From Candidatus Tectimicrobiota bacterium (GTDB lineage: Bacteria > JACPUC01): a stretch of 64,000 bases of DNA. The notes under the pieces were generated by a model. That model ran no database searches. It was not told the origin of the DNA and was given only the letters and a program-made list of their open reading frames with translations. Numbering within the stretch: the stretch's first letter is position 1; each line of letters begins with the position of its first letter. This document shows positions 28,634 to 40,086 of this stretch, piece after piece. The stretch is from the NCBI GenBank assembly GCA_016192455.1, contig JACPUC010000016.1:1-64000 (forward strand), in the 5' to 3' direction. The position numbers and the translations under genes were made by a program.

Positions 28634-30997
28634 CTAACGCGGCGGGATGTCGATGATAATATCGGCGGTCGCCACTCCGTTCGTGGTGAGGACCGCGTAG
28701 GTGTACGTGGCGGAGGTCCCCGGCGGAAATTCAAGCCGCCTGAGTGTGAAGGTGTAGCGGCGGCCAGTCGCATCCCGGCGATACTCCGTGACGAAGTGGA
28801 TCGGCAGCACTTCGCCTTCGAGGATGAGGCGGTCATCCACGATCTCGGTGCGGGTAAAGGGGACCTCGATCGAAAAGACGAGGTCCACGGGCGCGGCTGA
28901 GGTGATGAGCTCCTGACTGATCGTCAGCTTGAGTTCACGCGCCGGCGGTGGTGGCGGGGGCGGGGGAGGAGGCGGCGCTGCCGCCAGGACGGTCTCGGGC
29001 TCAACCTCTGCGTTTCGGGGCGGCGCGTTAGCCGTCTGGCCGCCCTCCTCCGCACCTGGCTCGGCTATCGGCGCCTCCGCTACCGGCTCCGGCGGCGGCT
29101 CCACGCCCTCGACGCTGAAGACCAGGACGCGACGATCGCCGATGAGCATTGCGAAGACGCCGTCATCATGGGAGAGGGCGCCGGCGGCGAAACCGGCCTC
29201 GGTCAAGTCGAACATCGCGACGACGGCGTCGGCAGCGTTCCCCGCGGCGAGGGCGCGCCGCGGCGCCACGGCGTAGAGACGATCATGCCCCTGCGGGGCC
29301 GCGCTGCGCTCGGCAAGCCAGAGGAGCGCGCCGTCCCAGGCCAGGCCGACGATCTCGCGCCCAGCCCGCCAGGCGTGCGGAGCAAGGAACCATCCCCGGC
29401 GCTCGAAGCGCGTCGCATCGACCTCGACCACGCGGTCCAGGGCGCCAAACTCGGGACGGCCCCGTTCGAGGATCCACAGCCGCGAGCCATTCGTGGCCAA
29501 GAGGCCCGGTGTGTGGCTCGGCGCGAAGAGGCCGAAGTCGGGTCCCCCCTCTCGGAAGCGCAGGTCGCGGAGGTCGCGGCGGCGCAGGCGGCCGCTCAGC
29601 GCGTCCACGGTGAGGAGCGCATCCGCCGAGATATCCAGGTCGCTCACCGGCCGCGACGCGCCCTCCTCGTCCGCCAGGTCCAAGGTCCGCAGGATGGCGC
29701 GGTTGCGCAGCACGAAGGTGCCCGTCGGCGCCTGGAACCCCTCCTCAAGATCGACCGCAAAAAGCCGGTTGGTGCCCTCCGTGTCCTGGCCGGTGACGTA
29801 GAGGGTATTCCCAAGCTTTGTCAGGCGATTCGCCCGCACGCTGGAGGGCAGGAGGTAGGCGATCTCTTGCACGAGCCTGGGGAGGCTCGCCCCCGATGTC
29901 GCCGCGGCCGTGCGCTCGTCCTGCGGTCCACTTGCCGCTGCGTCCTCAGCCGCAACGCTCGCCCGCACGGCGACAAGGTCGACCCGCGCCTGCGGCGGTG
30001 TCGGCGAGGGCCCCCCTGGCAGGAGTCTGACGCGCAGGAACCACTGGCGCAGCCTGGAGATATCCGCGCGCCCGGCGCGGGGCGCAAGGCGGTTGTCCAG
30101 CACCTCCGTCGCCCCCTCGGAGAGCGCCACGCCGGTCAGGGGATCGAGGAGAAGGCGGTAGCCGGCTGCGGGGGCGACGCTGGGGGTGGGGCCGCCGCCG
30201 CGGTTCTCCAGGAGCACGACGCAGCTCCCGAGCTCCGTGCAGTCCGGGGCGGCGGGCGGATCAACGAGACGCTCGGCCAGCTCCACCCGCACCGCGGCGT
30301 TGCGCGCCACACTCCCGATGGCGACCTCGAGAGTCACCGGCAGCTCACCGCGCAGGTCCTGCCGTGCTGCAAGCGTGATGGAAGCAGGCGCCTCGCCGGG
30401 AGCCGCGGCTGCGAGCTCCAGGGTGATCCCCCCGGCCGCACTCCGCAGCCCGGCACTCCCTGCCGGCCCCTCCAGGCTCCAGGTCTGCGGCGACAGGGAG
30501 TCGCCCCGAAAAGCATCGTCAAGGAGCAGGCGGCGCGATGCTCCCTGGGGCTCGAAGACGCGCAGCAGGGGGAGTGAGACGGCGACGGTGGTATCCTCGT
30601 TTACGACGAGGCCCGTCTGGGTGCGCCGCGCGAAGCCGTTGGCGTGCGCGTGCACCACCACGTCGCCGGGTGGGACGAGGAGGAAGAAGAAGCCCTCATT
30701 ATCTGTCCGCGTCGACTGCCCGTCGCTCGTGACGACGCTGGCCCCTTCGATCGGGGCGCCGCCGGCGTTCTCGAGGACGAAACCGGCCACCGCGCTTACC
30801 GCTTGCGACCCGGCTTCAGGCGCCGCCGCCGCGCTGCCCAGGATCAGCAGGAGCAGGCAGAGGCCGGCACGGACGCACCGCCTGGGGCGTCGCCGCAGGA
30901 CCTCTGCCGCAACGAGGTGCTGGCCGCCAACGTGATGGGCCACCGTCGAACCCTTCGAACCACTCAGGAGCGGTTCTCCTCCTGCCTCCGGAGACAT
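28634..30997 (-). CDS. Large exported multidomain protein (CarboxypepD_reg-like domain, beta-sandwich, beta-propeller, poly-Pro linker, small C-terminal domain)
   Basis: Signal-like LCLLLLILGSAAA, GFVLENAGGAPIEGASV..TRTDNEGFF..VPPG, propeller repeats (GLLATNGSRLWIL, GLAWDGALLWLAE) and a P10 run. Confidence 0.65.
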   Translation of the reverse strand: MSPEAGGEPLLSGSKGSTVAHHVGGQHLVAAEVLRRRPRRCVRAGLCLLLLILGSAAAAPEAGSQAVSAVAGFVLENAGGAPIEGASVVTSDGQSTRTDNEGFFFLLVPPGDVVVHAHANGFARRTQTGLVVNEDTTVAVSLPLLRVFEPQGASRRLLLDDAFRGDSLSPQTWSLEGPAGSAGLRSAAGGITLELAAAAPGEAPASITLAARQDLRGELPVTLEVAIGSVARNAAVRVELAERLVDPPAAPDCTELGSCVVLLENRGGGPTPSVAPAAGYRLLLDPLTGVALSEGATEVLDNRLAPRAGRADISRLRQWFLRVRLLPGGPSPTPPQARVDLVAVRASVAAEDAAASGPQDERTAAATSGASLPRLVQEIAYLLPSSVRANRLTKLGNTLYVTGQDTEGTNRLFAVDLEEGFQAPTGTFVLRNRAILRTLDLADEEGASRPVSDLDISADALLTVDALSGRLRRRDLRDLRFREGGPDFGLFAPSHTPGLLATNGSRLWILERGRPEFGALDRVVEVDATRFERRGWFLAPHAWRAGREIVGLAWDGALLWLAERSAAPQGHDRLYAVAPRRALAAGNAADAVVAMFDLTEAGFAAGALSHDDGVFAMLIGDRRVLVFSVEGVEPPPEPVAEAPIAEPGAEEGGQTANAPPRNAEVEPETVLAAAPPPPPPPPPPPARELKLTISQELITSAAPVDLVFSIEVPFTRTEIVDDRLILEGEVLPIHFVTEYRRDATGRRYTFTLRRLEFPPGTSATYTYAVLTTNGVATADIIIDIPPR

Positions 30998-31251
30998 CTC
31001 GCCCCCGCTCCGGCCGCCCTGCGGCGGGCCGCCGGCGCCGGTGGCGCTGCCCGCATGAGGTTGGCTGCCGCGGTGGGATCAGGCCGCGGCAGCCGGGGCA
31101 ACCCATAGGGGTGAAGGGGAAGAGTATGGGTCACCCGTGAGACCTGACGGCAGCATGCCCCGGCGCGGCGCCGCCGCCGCGCGGAGGAAGGCTCACCTGG
31201 GATGTCTGCAACGCGGCAGACACTCCCGCTCAGCTCCTTCCCGCCTCTGCT

Positions 31252-32241
31252 TTATGCTTGGAGATCGTAGCATTTCAGCTTGTTGTAGAGCGTTTTTAAG
31301 CCGATGCCAAGGATCTTGGCGGTTCGCGTCTTGTTGCCGTTCTGGTGCTTCAGAACCCGCAGGATGTGACGCCGCTCAACCTCGGCCAGCGGCAGCGTCT
31401 CCTCATCGACGCGGCGCATGCTCAGCGAGGCAAAGCGGATGTGCGGCGGCAGCTCGTGGAGGCCGACGCGGCCATGCTCCGTCACCACGCGCAGGTGCTC
31501 GAGCAGGTTCTGCAGCTCGCGCACATTTCCGGGCCAGTGGTAGTGCTGCAGCGTGTGCAGCGCCTCGGGGGAGAGCTTCAACGGAGGACGGCCAAGCTCG
31601 CCGCGCGCCAAGAGGAAATGCTCGACAAGCACCGGGATGTCGCTCAGGCGCTGCCGCAACGCCGGCACCTGCAGCGCCACCACATTAAGCCGATAGTAGA
31701 GGTCCTCGCGGAAGCGTCCCGCCTCCACCTCGGCGGTTAAGTCCTTATTCGTCGCCGCGATCACCCGCACGTTGACATGCCGCGTCTTCGTGCTCCCCAG
31801 GCGGCGAATCTCACCCGATTGCAGGACGCGCAACAGCTTCACCTGCATGGGGGGGGTCAGCTCGCCAACCTCGTCGAGGAAGAGGCTGCCGCGGTCCGCC
31901 GCTTCGAAGAGCCCCTGCGTGCTGGCGACCGCGCCAGTAAAGGAGCCCCGCTCATGGCCGAAGAGTTCGCTCTCCATCACGGTCTCTTGCAGGGCCCCGC
32001 AGTTCAACGTGACGAAGGGGCCTTCGCGGCGCTCACTCAGGCTGTGCAGGATCTGCGCCACCAGCTCTTTGCCGGTGCCGCTCTCGCCCTGAATGAGCAC
32101 CGTGACATCCTTTGGCGCCAGTTTCGGCAGCAACCGCCACAGCTCTTGCATGGCAGGGCTGCTGCCGATCATCTGCACCGGCGGCGCATCGTGGCGCTGG
32201 CGCCGTTGCAAAACATTTTCGAAGGGAACGACGTTCGCCAT
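31252..32241 (-). CDS. sigma54 enhancer-binding protein lacking an N-terminal regulatory domain (AAA+ plus Fis HTH)
   Basis: About 22 aa precede MIGSSPAM. Motifs are GESGTGKE, ESELFGHERGSFTGA, FLDEVG, FREDLYYRLNV, WPGNVREL and the NKTRTAKILGI HTH. Confidence 0.92.
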   Translation of the reverse strand: MANVVPFENVLQRRQRHDAPPVQMIGSSPAMQELWRLLPKLAPKDVTVLIQGESGTGKELVAQILHSLSERREGPFVTLNCGALQETVMESELFGHERGSFTGAVASTQGLFEAADRGSLFLDEVGELTPPMQVKLLRVLQSGEIRRLGSTKTRHVNVRVIAATNKDLTAEVEAGRFREDLYYRLNVVALQVPALRQRLSDIPVLVEHFLLARGELGRPPLKLSPEALHTLQHYHWPGNVRELQNLLEHLRVVTEHGRVGLHELPPHIRFASLSMRRVDEETLPLAEVERRHILRVLKHQNGNKTRTAKILGIGLKTLYNKLKCYDLQA

Positions 32242-32321
32242 CCCGCCTCTCCCACGGAGCCTGCCAAGGAATCTCCATCGCGCCCTGGCTTCGAATCGCA
32301 TCGTCTCGTCGCCCGTCCCAA

Positions 32322-32337
32322 AGCAAGCAGAATGCCA
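32322..32337 (-). promoter_or_regulatory. sigma54 -24/-12 promoter (leftward)
   Basis: TGGCATTCTGCTTGCT matches TGGCAY-N5-TTGCW, about 80 bp upstream of the bEBP ATG. Confidence 0.8.
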
Positions 32338-32492
32338 TCACTCTCCGCCCTCGCAAATCGACCCGGAAGAATCCCAGGAAATCCATGGAACTCCTTGTTA
32401 TGTATAGAGTAACATTTTCAACTCGGAGAACTGCAGCAGACGGCGCTTGGGAGAGCCAGGGGGAGCAAAGGCGGCAGCAACGCAGCTCCTCC

Positions 32493-32604
32493 GCAACTTT
32501 TGTTGCAACTCGCTGGCCCGCGCTCGAGAGAATCGTGAAACCAATTGAAACTTCACGAGGTTTCACTTCCACCAAAAGTTGTCGCAAGCGGCAACAAAAG
32601 TTGT
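32493..32604. promoter_or_regulatory. Putative bEBP upstream activator sites
   Basis: GCAACTTTTGTTGC (32493-32506) and its reverse complement GCAACAAAAGTTGT (32591-32604), a partial copy CACCAAAAGTTGT (32570-32582), and inverted repeat GTGAAACC/GGTTTCAC (32535-32566). Confidence 0.55.
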
Positions 32605-32735
32605 TGCCTTGGACGTTCGCGGCGGCTACACTGTTGCCGTGGCGTGCCTCACCTGGCTCGGATGCCGGCGGCGGCGCACTCCTCGCCACCGAAGGGGAGT
32701 TTTCCGCCGCGGCGGACGGCGGCGGCGCTGTGGCT

Positions 32736-32751
32736 TGGCGCGGAAGTTGCA
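32736..32751 (+). promoter_or_regulatory. sigma54 -24/-12 promoter (rightward)
   Basis: TGGCGCGGAAGTTGCA has exact GG-N10-GC spacing with TTGCA, upstream of the RsbW-like gene. Confidence 0.75.
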
Positions 32752-32920
32752 CCACGAAGCGGCAATCCTCCCGACGAGGTGCGAGGGAGAAGTCCGCGGG
32801 GGTTCCTGCGGCGGTGTGCGTCGTCCGGTTGCGCGGCCCCCAACCTGGCGGAAGTCTCGTCGGTGGGGCAGGCGCGGCGGCGCGCCGTGGATAGGGTCGC
32901 GAGCTCTGCGAGGTAGGCGT

Positions 32921-33430
32921 ATGCCATCCTCTCCGGTCGGCGATCATCCCCCGCTCCCTTCTCCCCTGGTGTTGCTTCGCCTTCCCAGCGATTTTCGCTT
33001 CGAGCGGGTTGCTGTCGACACGGTCACCAGCCTGGCCCGGCAGCTTCGCTTCCCGCACGAGAAAGTGGAAATCCTCAGGACCGCCGTGGGAGAGGCCTAT
33101 CTCAACGCCATCGAGCACGGCAACCGTCGGGACGCCGCGTCGGAGGTGGAAATCTCGTTCGTCGTCGAGGATGGCCAGCTCACCGTGCTGGTGCGGGACG
33201 GCGGCCATGGCTTCGATCTGCAGCGCCTCCCCTCCCCCTGCCTGGAGGAGAAGCTTGCCGGGCACTCGCCGGCGCGCGGCTGGGGGCTCTTCCTCATGCG
33301 CGCCCTGGTGGATGACCTGCGCGTGGATCACTCCGCCACGGGCGGGAATCGCCTCATCATCGTCGTGCGCCGTCAAGCGGGCGAGGGGGCCATGGGAGGA
33401 GCGCCGCCGGCGCGGCCCGGCCTTCCCTAG
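32921..33430 (+). CDS. RsbW/SpoIIAB-like anti-sigma factor serine kinase
   Basis: AVGEAYLNAIEHGN (N box), VRDGGHGFD (G1) and RGWGLFLMRALVD (G2). Confidence 0.9.
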   Translation: MPSSPVGDHPPLPSPLVLLRLPSDFRFERVAVDTVTSLARQLRFPHEKVEILRTAVGEAYLNAIEHGNRRDAASEVEISFVVEDGQLTVLVRDGGHGFDLQRLPSPCLEEKLAGHSPARGWGLFLMRALVDDLRVDHSATGGNRLIIVVRRQAGEGAMGGAPPARPGLP

Positions 33431-33582
33431 CCCCACGGGGAGGGACCCCGGCGGGCGCATGAGGTGGGCGACAAAGCGACCCCCCGGATGAAACCCGGGC
33501 CGCGGCAGCGCTTGTGGGGAGATTCTTGCGCCTCACGCGGCAGCCGTCGCGCTGCCTCCAGCCGAACCCAGCGAGGAAGGCC

Positions 33583-33936
33583 ATGAGCAACGAGTTCCAC
33601 ATCGAGGTCCAGCGCACCGCCAACGGCCCGCTCCTGCGGTTGCGCGGCGATATCACCGCCTTTGCTGAAGCGCGCTTCGATGAGGCCGTGCAGCCGCTGC
33701 TCAAGGAGGGCTGCGCGCAGATGGTGCTCGATTTCAGCGGCGTTGACTACATCAACAGCGCCGGCATCGCGGTGCTCATCGCCCTCGTCTCCGCCATGAA
33801 GGAGCGCAACGGCGACCTGGCGGCCATCGGCCTCTCCCCGCACTACGAGAAGATCTTCACCATGGTTGGGCTGACGCAGTATATCAAGGTGCGCGGGCGA
33901 TCCGCCGATGCCTCAGCCACAGATGGCCCTGCCTGA
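33583..33936 (+). CDS. STAS anti-sigma factor antagonist (RsbV/SpoIIAA-like)
   Basis: LRLRGDI, VLDFSGVDYINSAGIAVL (phospho-Ser) and IFTMVGL. Confidence 0.92.
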   Translation: MSNEFHIEVQRTANGPLLRLRGDITAFAEARFDEAVQPLLKEGCAQMVLDFSGVDYINSAGIAVLIALVSAMKERNGDLAAIGLSPHYEKIFTMVGLTQYIKVRGRSADASATDGPA

Positions 33937-34142
33937 GACTGCCCGGCCATCTCCACCTGGAGCTTGCAGACGAGTCCGCCCGAGGTTCGGCCCAAGGTTG
34001 AGGCTGGCGGGCCGATGGAAGAAGTCATGATCGACAGCGGCACGCCCTCCCCGCGGGGATTCCGGTCATCCGCAGCAAGCAGCTTCGCCGTTGCCGCTGC
34101 GGGAGACTCCCTGCTGCGCGCGCGTGCCTTCAGGTGCCTCGC

Positions 34143-36359
<2,217 letters not shown>

Positions 36360-36472
36360 GGGCGGCGCATCCTGCCGCGCCGCGCCCTCCCCGTCCTCGA
36401 GCCTCTACCTTGAGCCTGGAGGCACTCCACGCTAGAGTAGGATGAGGCTACGGCGAATCCCGGCGAGGCGCC

Positions 36473-38095
36473 GTGGCGCGCTGCACCCTGGTGCCGCCCG
36501 CGCCGGCGGTCCGTCCTTTCGCCCCGCTCTGGAGCCTCGAGCGCTCCCGTGCCGCTGACGATGTGGGGGAAAGCCAGGTGCGCCCTGGTCGCCAGAACCA
36601 GCGCCGGTTCCTCGGCTGCGTGTGCCTCGCCGGCTGGTTTCCATGCTCCCTCCTCAACCTTCCTCGGCGCCGCTGGCACGTCCGCCGGCGGCTGACGCCA
36701 CGCACCGTAGCGTCACCCCTGCGAGCCCTTGGAACCTGCCTCGCCGTCGCCGCCTTGCTGGGGCTGGGGATGTCGCCGCCGCTCGCCGCCCAGCCTCCGC
36801 CGCACGTCTCCCTCTATCGCCCGCTTGCCCCCACCCCCTTCAATGCTCTCCTCGATGCCCTCGTCGCCAAGCTCCGCGAGCGCGGCATGACGGTCCGCGA
36901 GGAGCGCCTGCCTCCTGCGCCGCAGCCTGATCCTCGGGGCGCGCCTCTCGCCGCGGAGCCACCGGATCGCCCCGCGGGGGAAGCCCCCGCAGCGGCGCCC
37001 GGCCAGCCCCCCGGCGTGTTCCTGGTCCTTGGGCTGGAACTGGCGGGGAGGCTGGCAAGCCCAGCATCCCAGCCGCTCCTCGTGTTGAGCGAGAACTGCG
37101 CGAACGGCGCTACGCTGCCCGACTGGCTGCGCCAGCGCCGGGGCCCGACCCAAATCTACTGCCTGGCCCTCTCCACCCAGCAGTGGCTTCTGCCGCTGCG
37201 CCGCCTGCTGCCGCAGGGGAGCCGCCTGGGCCTCATCGCGCTGGAGGCGCCGCCCCCCGCGCCGTCCCCCGCGGCTCCCGGACCGCCGCCGACCGTGCTG
37301 GACGGCAGTCTCGCCGCGCTCGGCGCCGAGCTGGCAACTCTTGGCGTGCAGCTCATCACCCAGGGGGTGCCGAGCCCCGACGCCGTGCCAGCGGCTCTGC
37401 GACTCGCGCGACCCCGCATCGACGCCCTCTGGGTGCCGCCCCGCAGTATCCTCCTGCGCGCCGAGTACATCCCGGAAATCCTGCGCTTCAGTCTCGAGGA
37501 ACGCCTGCCGGTCTTCGTCCCAACGCAGAGTCTCGTGCGCGCCGGCTACCTCGCCGCCGCCGAGGTCGACGAGACGGCGCTCCTGGAGAACCTGCTCCAA
37601 ACCGTCGCGCGGCTCGGCGGTGCGCAACCAGCCGAGCCGCCCGGGCCGACCCCCGCCCCCGCCCCTGCCCGCTACGCCGTGAACGTGGAGACGGCGCGCC
37701 GGCTGGGGCTGCGCGTCCACGCCGAGGAACTGCGCTGGGCGCACGCCGTCTTTCCCTTCCCCTTCGAGGTGCAGGACCTCCTGGATCGTTATGCCGAGGC
37801 CTTTCAGCGCGAGGACGCGCGCCGCTACGAGGCCGCCTTCTGGGAGCCGACGGCGCGTCAGCTCAAGGGCTTTGATCGGTTGATGCGCACCGCGCGCAAT
37901 ATCCAGGTGGAGTTTGAGACCCAACGGGTGGAGTACACCGAGGGAGCGGCGCGCATGCAGATCCACGTCGTTCAGATCTTCACCTTCATCGATGAGATGT
38001 CGGGACGCCAGGTGTCGCTCCGCGCGCCCTTTCAGTTCCAGCTCGAACGCCGGCAGAACGAGTGGCGCATCACCGGCATGCAGCAAGGCGGGTAG
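36473..38095 (+). CDS. ABC_sub_bind-like periplasmic binding protein fused to a C-terminal NTF2-like domain
   Basis: Signal-like CLAVAALLGLGMSPPLAA, LRRLLP..SRLGLI, IDALWVPP, ERLPVF...VRAGYLAA, VNVETARRLGL, then LDRYAEAFQRED...WRITG. The true start is probably downstream of 36473. Confidence 0.65.
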   Translation: MARCTLVPPAPAVRPFAPLWSLERSRAADDVGESQVRPGRQNQRRFLGCVCLAGWFPCSLLNLPRRRWHVRRRLTPRTVASPLRALGTCLAVAALLGLGMSPPLAAQPPPHVSLYRPLAPTPFNALLDALVAKLRERGMTVREERLPPAPQPDPRGAPLAAEPPDRPAGEAPAAAPGQPPGVFLVLGLELAGRLASPASQPLLVLSENCANGATLPDWLRQRRGPTQIYCLALSTQQWLLPLRRLLPQGSRLGLIALEAPPPAPSPAAPGPPPTVLDGSLAALGAELATLGVQLITQGVPSPDAVPAALRLARPRIDALWVPPRSILLRAEYIPEILRFSLEERLPVFVPTQSLVRAGYLAAAEVDETALLENLLQTVARLGGAQPAEPPGPTPAPAPARYAVNVETARRLGLRVHAEELRWAHAVFPFPFEVQDLLDRYAEAFQREDARRYEAAFWEPTARQLKGFDRLMRTARNIQVEFETQRVEYTEGAARMQIHVVQIFTFIDEMSGRQVSLRAPFQFQLERRQNEWRITGMQQGG

Positions 38096-38100
38096 GTGGC

Positions 38101-40086
38101 ATGAGCTTGCGTACGCTCGGCATTCAAGGCAAGCTCCTGAGCTTCTTCCTGGTGGTGATCATCATCCCGCTGCCACTGCTGGCGAGCGTTGTCTATTGGC
38201 GCAGCAGCGGCGTGGTGAAAGGCCAGGTGCTGGAGCAGCTTGCCTGGATCGCCGGCGAGATGACCGGCAAGGTCGGCAGCGCGCTCTTCACCGCCGGGGA
38301 GCAGGCGCGCCTCCTCGCCAACCTGCCCGACATCCGCAACTACCTACGCGCCCGCGCCTTCGGCCTGCAGGAAGACCTGGCGCGTCAACAGGCGAGCCTG
38401 CGAGAGTACTTCGAGCAGTTCCTGCTGGATCATCCGCGCTTCAGCCACGTCGGCTTCCTCGACGACCGCGGCGGCGCCGTGGCGGCCGCCCCCGCGAGCT
38501 GGAGCGCCGCCGCGCAGCGCGCCGCAGGGGACGAGGAGGCCTTGGCGCTGACCCCGCAACGGGCCACGCGGCGCGTGCTGGCGCCAGCTCAGACTGGGGG
38601 GGAGCCGTTGGTGCGCTTCGTCGTGCCGGTGCAACGTGAGGAGGCCCGCGGCCTGGGCACCGAAGCCGCAAGAGCGGCCCAGGAGCTCCTCGGCAGCTTC
38701 CAGGCCCCCGAGGGCGTGCTCGTCTTGGACATGAACCTCACTGAGCTGCGCAGCATCTTCGCCAGCCTGCGGATCGGGTCGCGCGGGCGGGCGTTCCTCC
38801 TGGACGCCCGGGGAGGGGTGCTGGCAGGGGGTGATGAGCTGAACCGCCTGAACTTTGCCAGCCGCGCCCCCGCCGATCTGGCCTCGCTGCTCGGACGAAT
38901 TGTCGGCGGCATCTCCGGCACCGGCGAGTACGCCTGCTTGGAAACGACCTGCCTCGTCGCCTTCGCGACCCTCACCCAGGAGGGCTGGAAAGCGACCGTG
39001 GTGGCGCCGCAGGCGGACTTCACCCGCTGGGTGGACGAGATGCGCACCCTCACGATCATCTTCACGGCGCTCATCTTCGTGGCCGCGGTGCTGGCCGCGG
39101 TGCTCTTCACCCGGCAGATTTCCGGTCCCCTCCAGGAACTCGATGCCGCCGCCCGCAGAGTTGCCGCGGGTGACTTCTCGGTGCGCGTCAACCTGGCGCG
39201 CCGGGACGAGATCGGCCGCCTCGCCGAGACCTTTGAGAGCATGACGAAACGTCTGCGCGACTACATGGTGGAGATGGAGGAGAAGCAGCGCCTGCAGCAG
39301 GAACTGAGCATCGCCCGGTCGATCCAGGCCAGTTTGCTGCCGCAGCATCCGCCGCGCCTTCCCCGGCTCGACCTGCAAGCCCTCTCCCTGCCGGCCCGCG
39401 AGGTTGGCGGCGACTACTACGATTTCTTCCACCGCCAGGCCGGCCGGCCGAACGAGCGCCTGGGGCTGGCCATCGGCGACGCCTCCGGCAAGGGGGTGCC
39501 GGCCTCCCTGCTGATCTCGATGACGCGCAGCCTCCTGCGCTCGCAGGTGGAGGTCTCCACCTCGCCCGGCGAGGCGGTGGCGGCGGTGAACCGCCTCCTC
39601 TTCGAGGACTGCGTGGGGTTTCGCAACTTCGTCAGCATCTTCTACGCCGAGTTTGAGCCGGCCTCGTTGACCTTGCGCTGCGCCAACGCCGGCCAGCTCT
39701 TCCCTCTGTACTGCCGGGGGCGCGATCGTCATATTGAGTTCCTGACGCTGCCCGGCACGCCCCTTGGGGTGCGCAGCGATGCGCAGTTCCCCGAGGCCAC
39801 CCTGGTTCTGGAGCCGGAGGACGTCCTCGTCCTCTATACTGATGGCATCGTGGAGGCGATGGACGAGCGGCGCCGCATGTACAGCTTCGACCGCCTGCAG
39901 CGCACCATCCAGCGCCTGGCGGCGGGTTCGGCCAGAGCCATCATCGATGCCATCATCGAAGACGTGACAAAGTTTTGCGGCGGCGAGGCGCCGAATGATG
40001 ATATGACCCTCATCGTCATGAAGGTCAGGGAGGGCGCGCCGCGCGACGAGGCGCTCTCCGGCACGGAGGCGGGAGCGGAGGGATGA
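38101..40086 (+). CDS. Membrane sensor phosphatase: Cache-like/HAMP/PP2C (SpoIIE, RsbU-like)
   Basis: Two TMs, HAMP (ISGPLQELDAAARRVAAGDF..RRDEIGRLA), and PP2C motifs VGGDYYD, IGDASGKG, LYTDGIVEA, DDMT. Confidence 0.92.
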   Translation: MSLRTLGIQGKLLSFFLVVIIIPLPLLASVVYWRSSGVVKGQVLEQLAWIAGEMTGKVGSALFTAGEQARLLANLPDIRNYLRARAFGLQEDLARQQASLREYFEQFLLDHPRFSHVGFLDDRGGAVAAAPASWSAAAQRAAGDEEALALTPQRATRRVLAPAQTGGEPLVRFVVPVQREEARGLGTEAARAAQELLGSFQAPEGVLVLDMNLTELRSIFASLRIGSRGRAFLLDARGGVLAGGDELNRLNFASRAPADLASLLGRIVGGISGTGEYACLETTCLVAFATLTQEGWKATVVAPQADFTRWVDEMRTLTIIFTALIFVAAVLAAVLFTRQISGPLQELDAAARRVAAGDFSVRVNLARRDEIGRLAETFESMTKRLRDYMVEMEEKQRLQQELSIARSIQASLLPQHPPRLPRLDLQALSLPAREVGGDYYDFFHRQAGRPNERLGLAIGDASGKGVPASLLISMTRSLLRSQVEVSTSPGEAVAAVNRLLFEDCVGFRNFVSIFYAEFEPASLTLRCANAGQLFPLYCRGRDRHIEFLTLPGTPLGVRSDAQFPEATLVLEPEDVLVLYTDGIVEAMDERRRMYSFDRLQRTIQRLAAGSARAIIDAIIEDVTKFCGGEAPNDDMTLIVMKVREGAPRDEALSGTEAGAEG

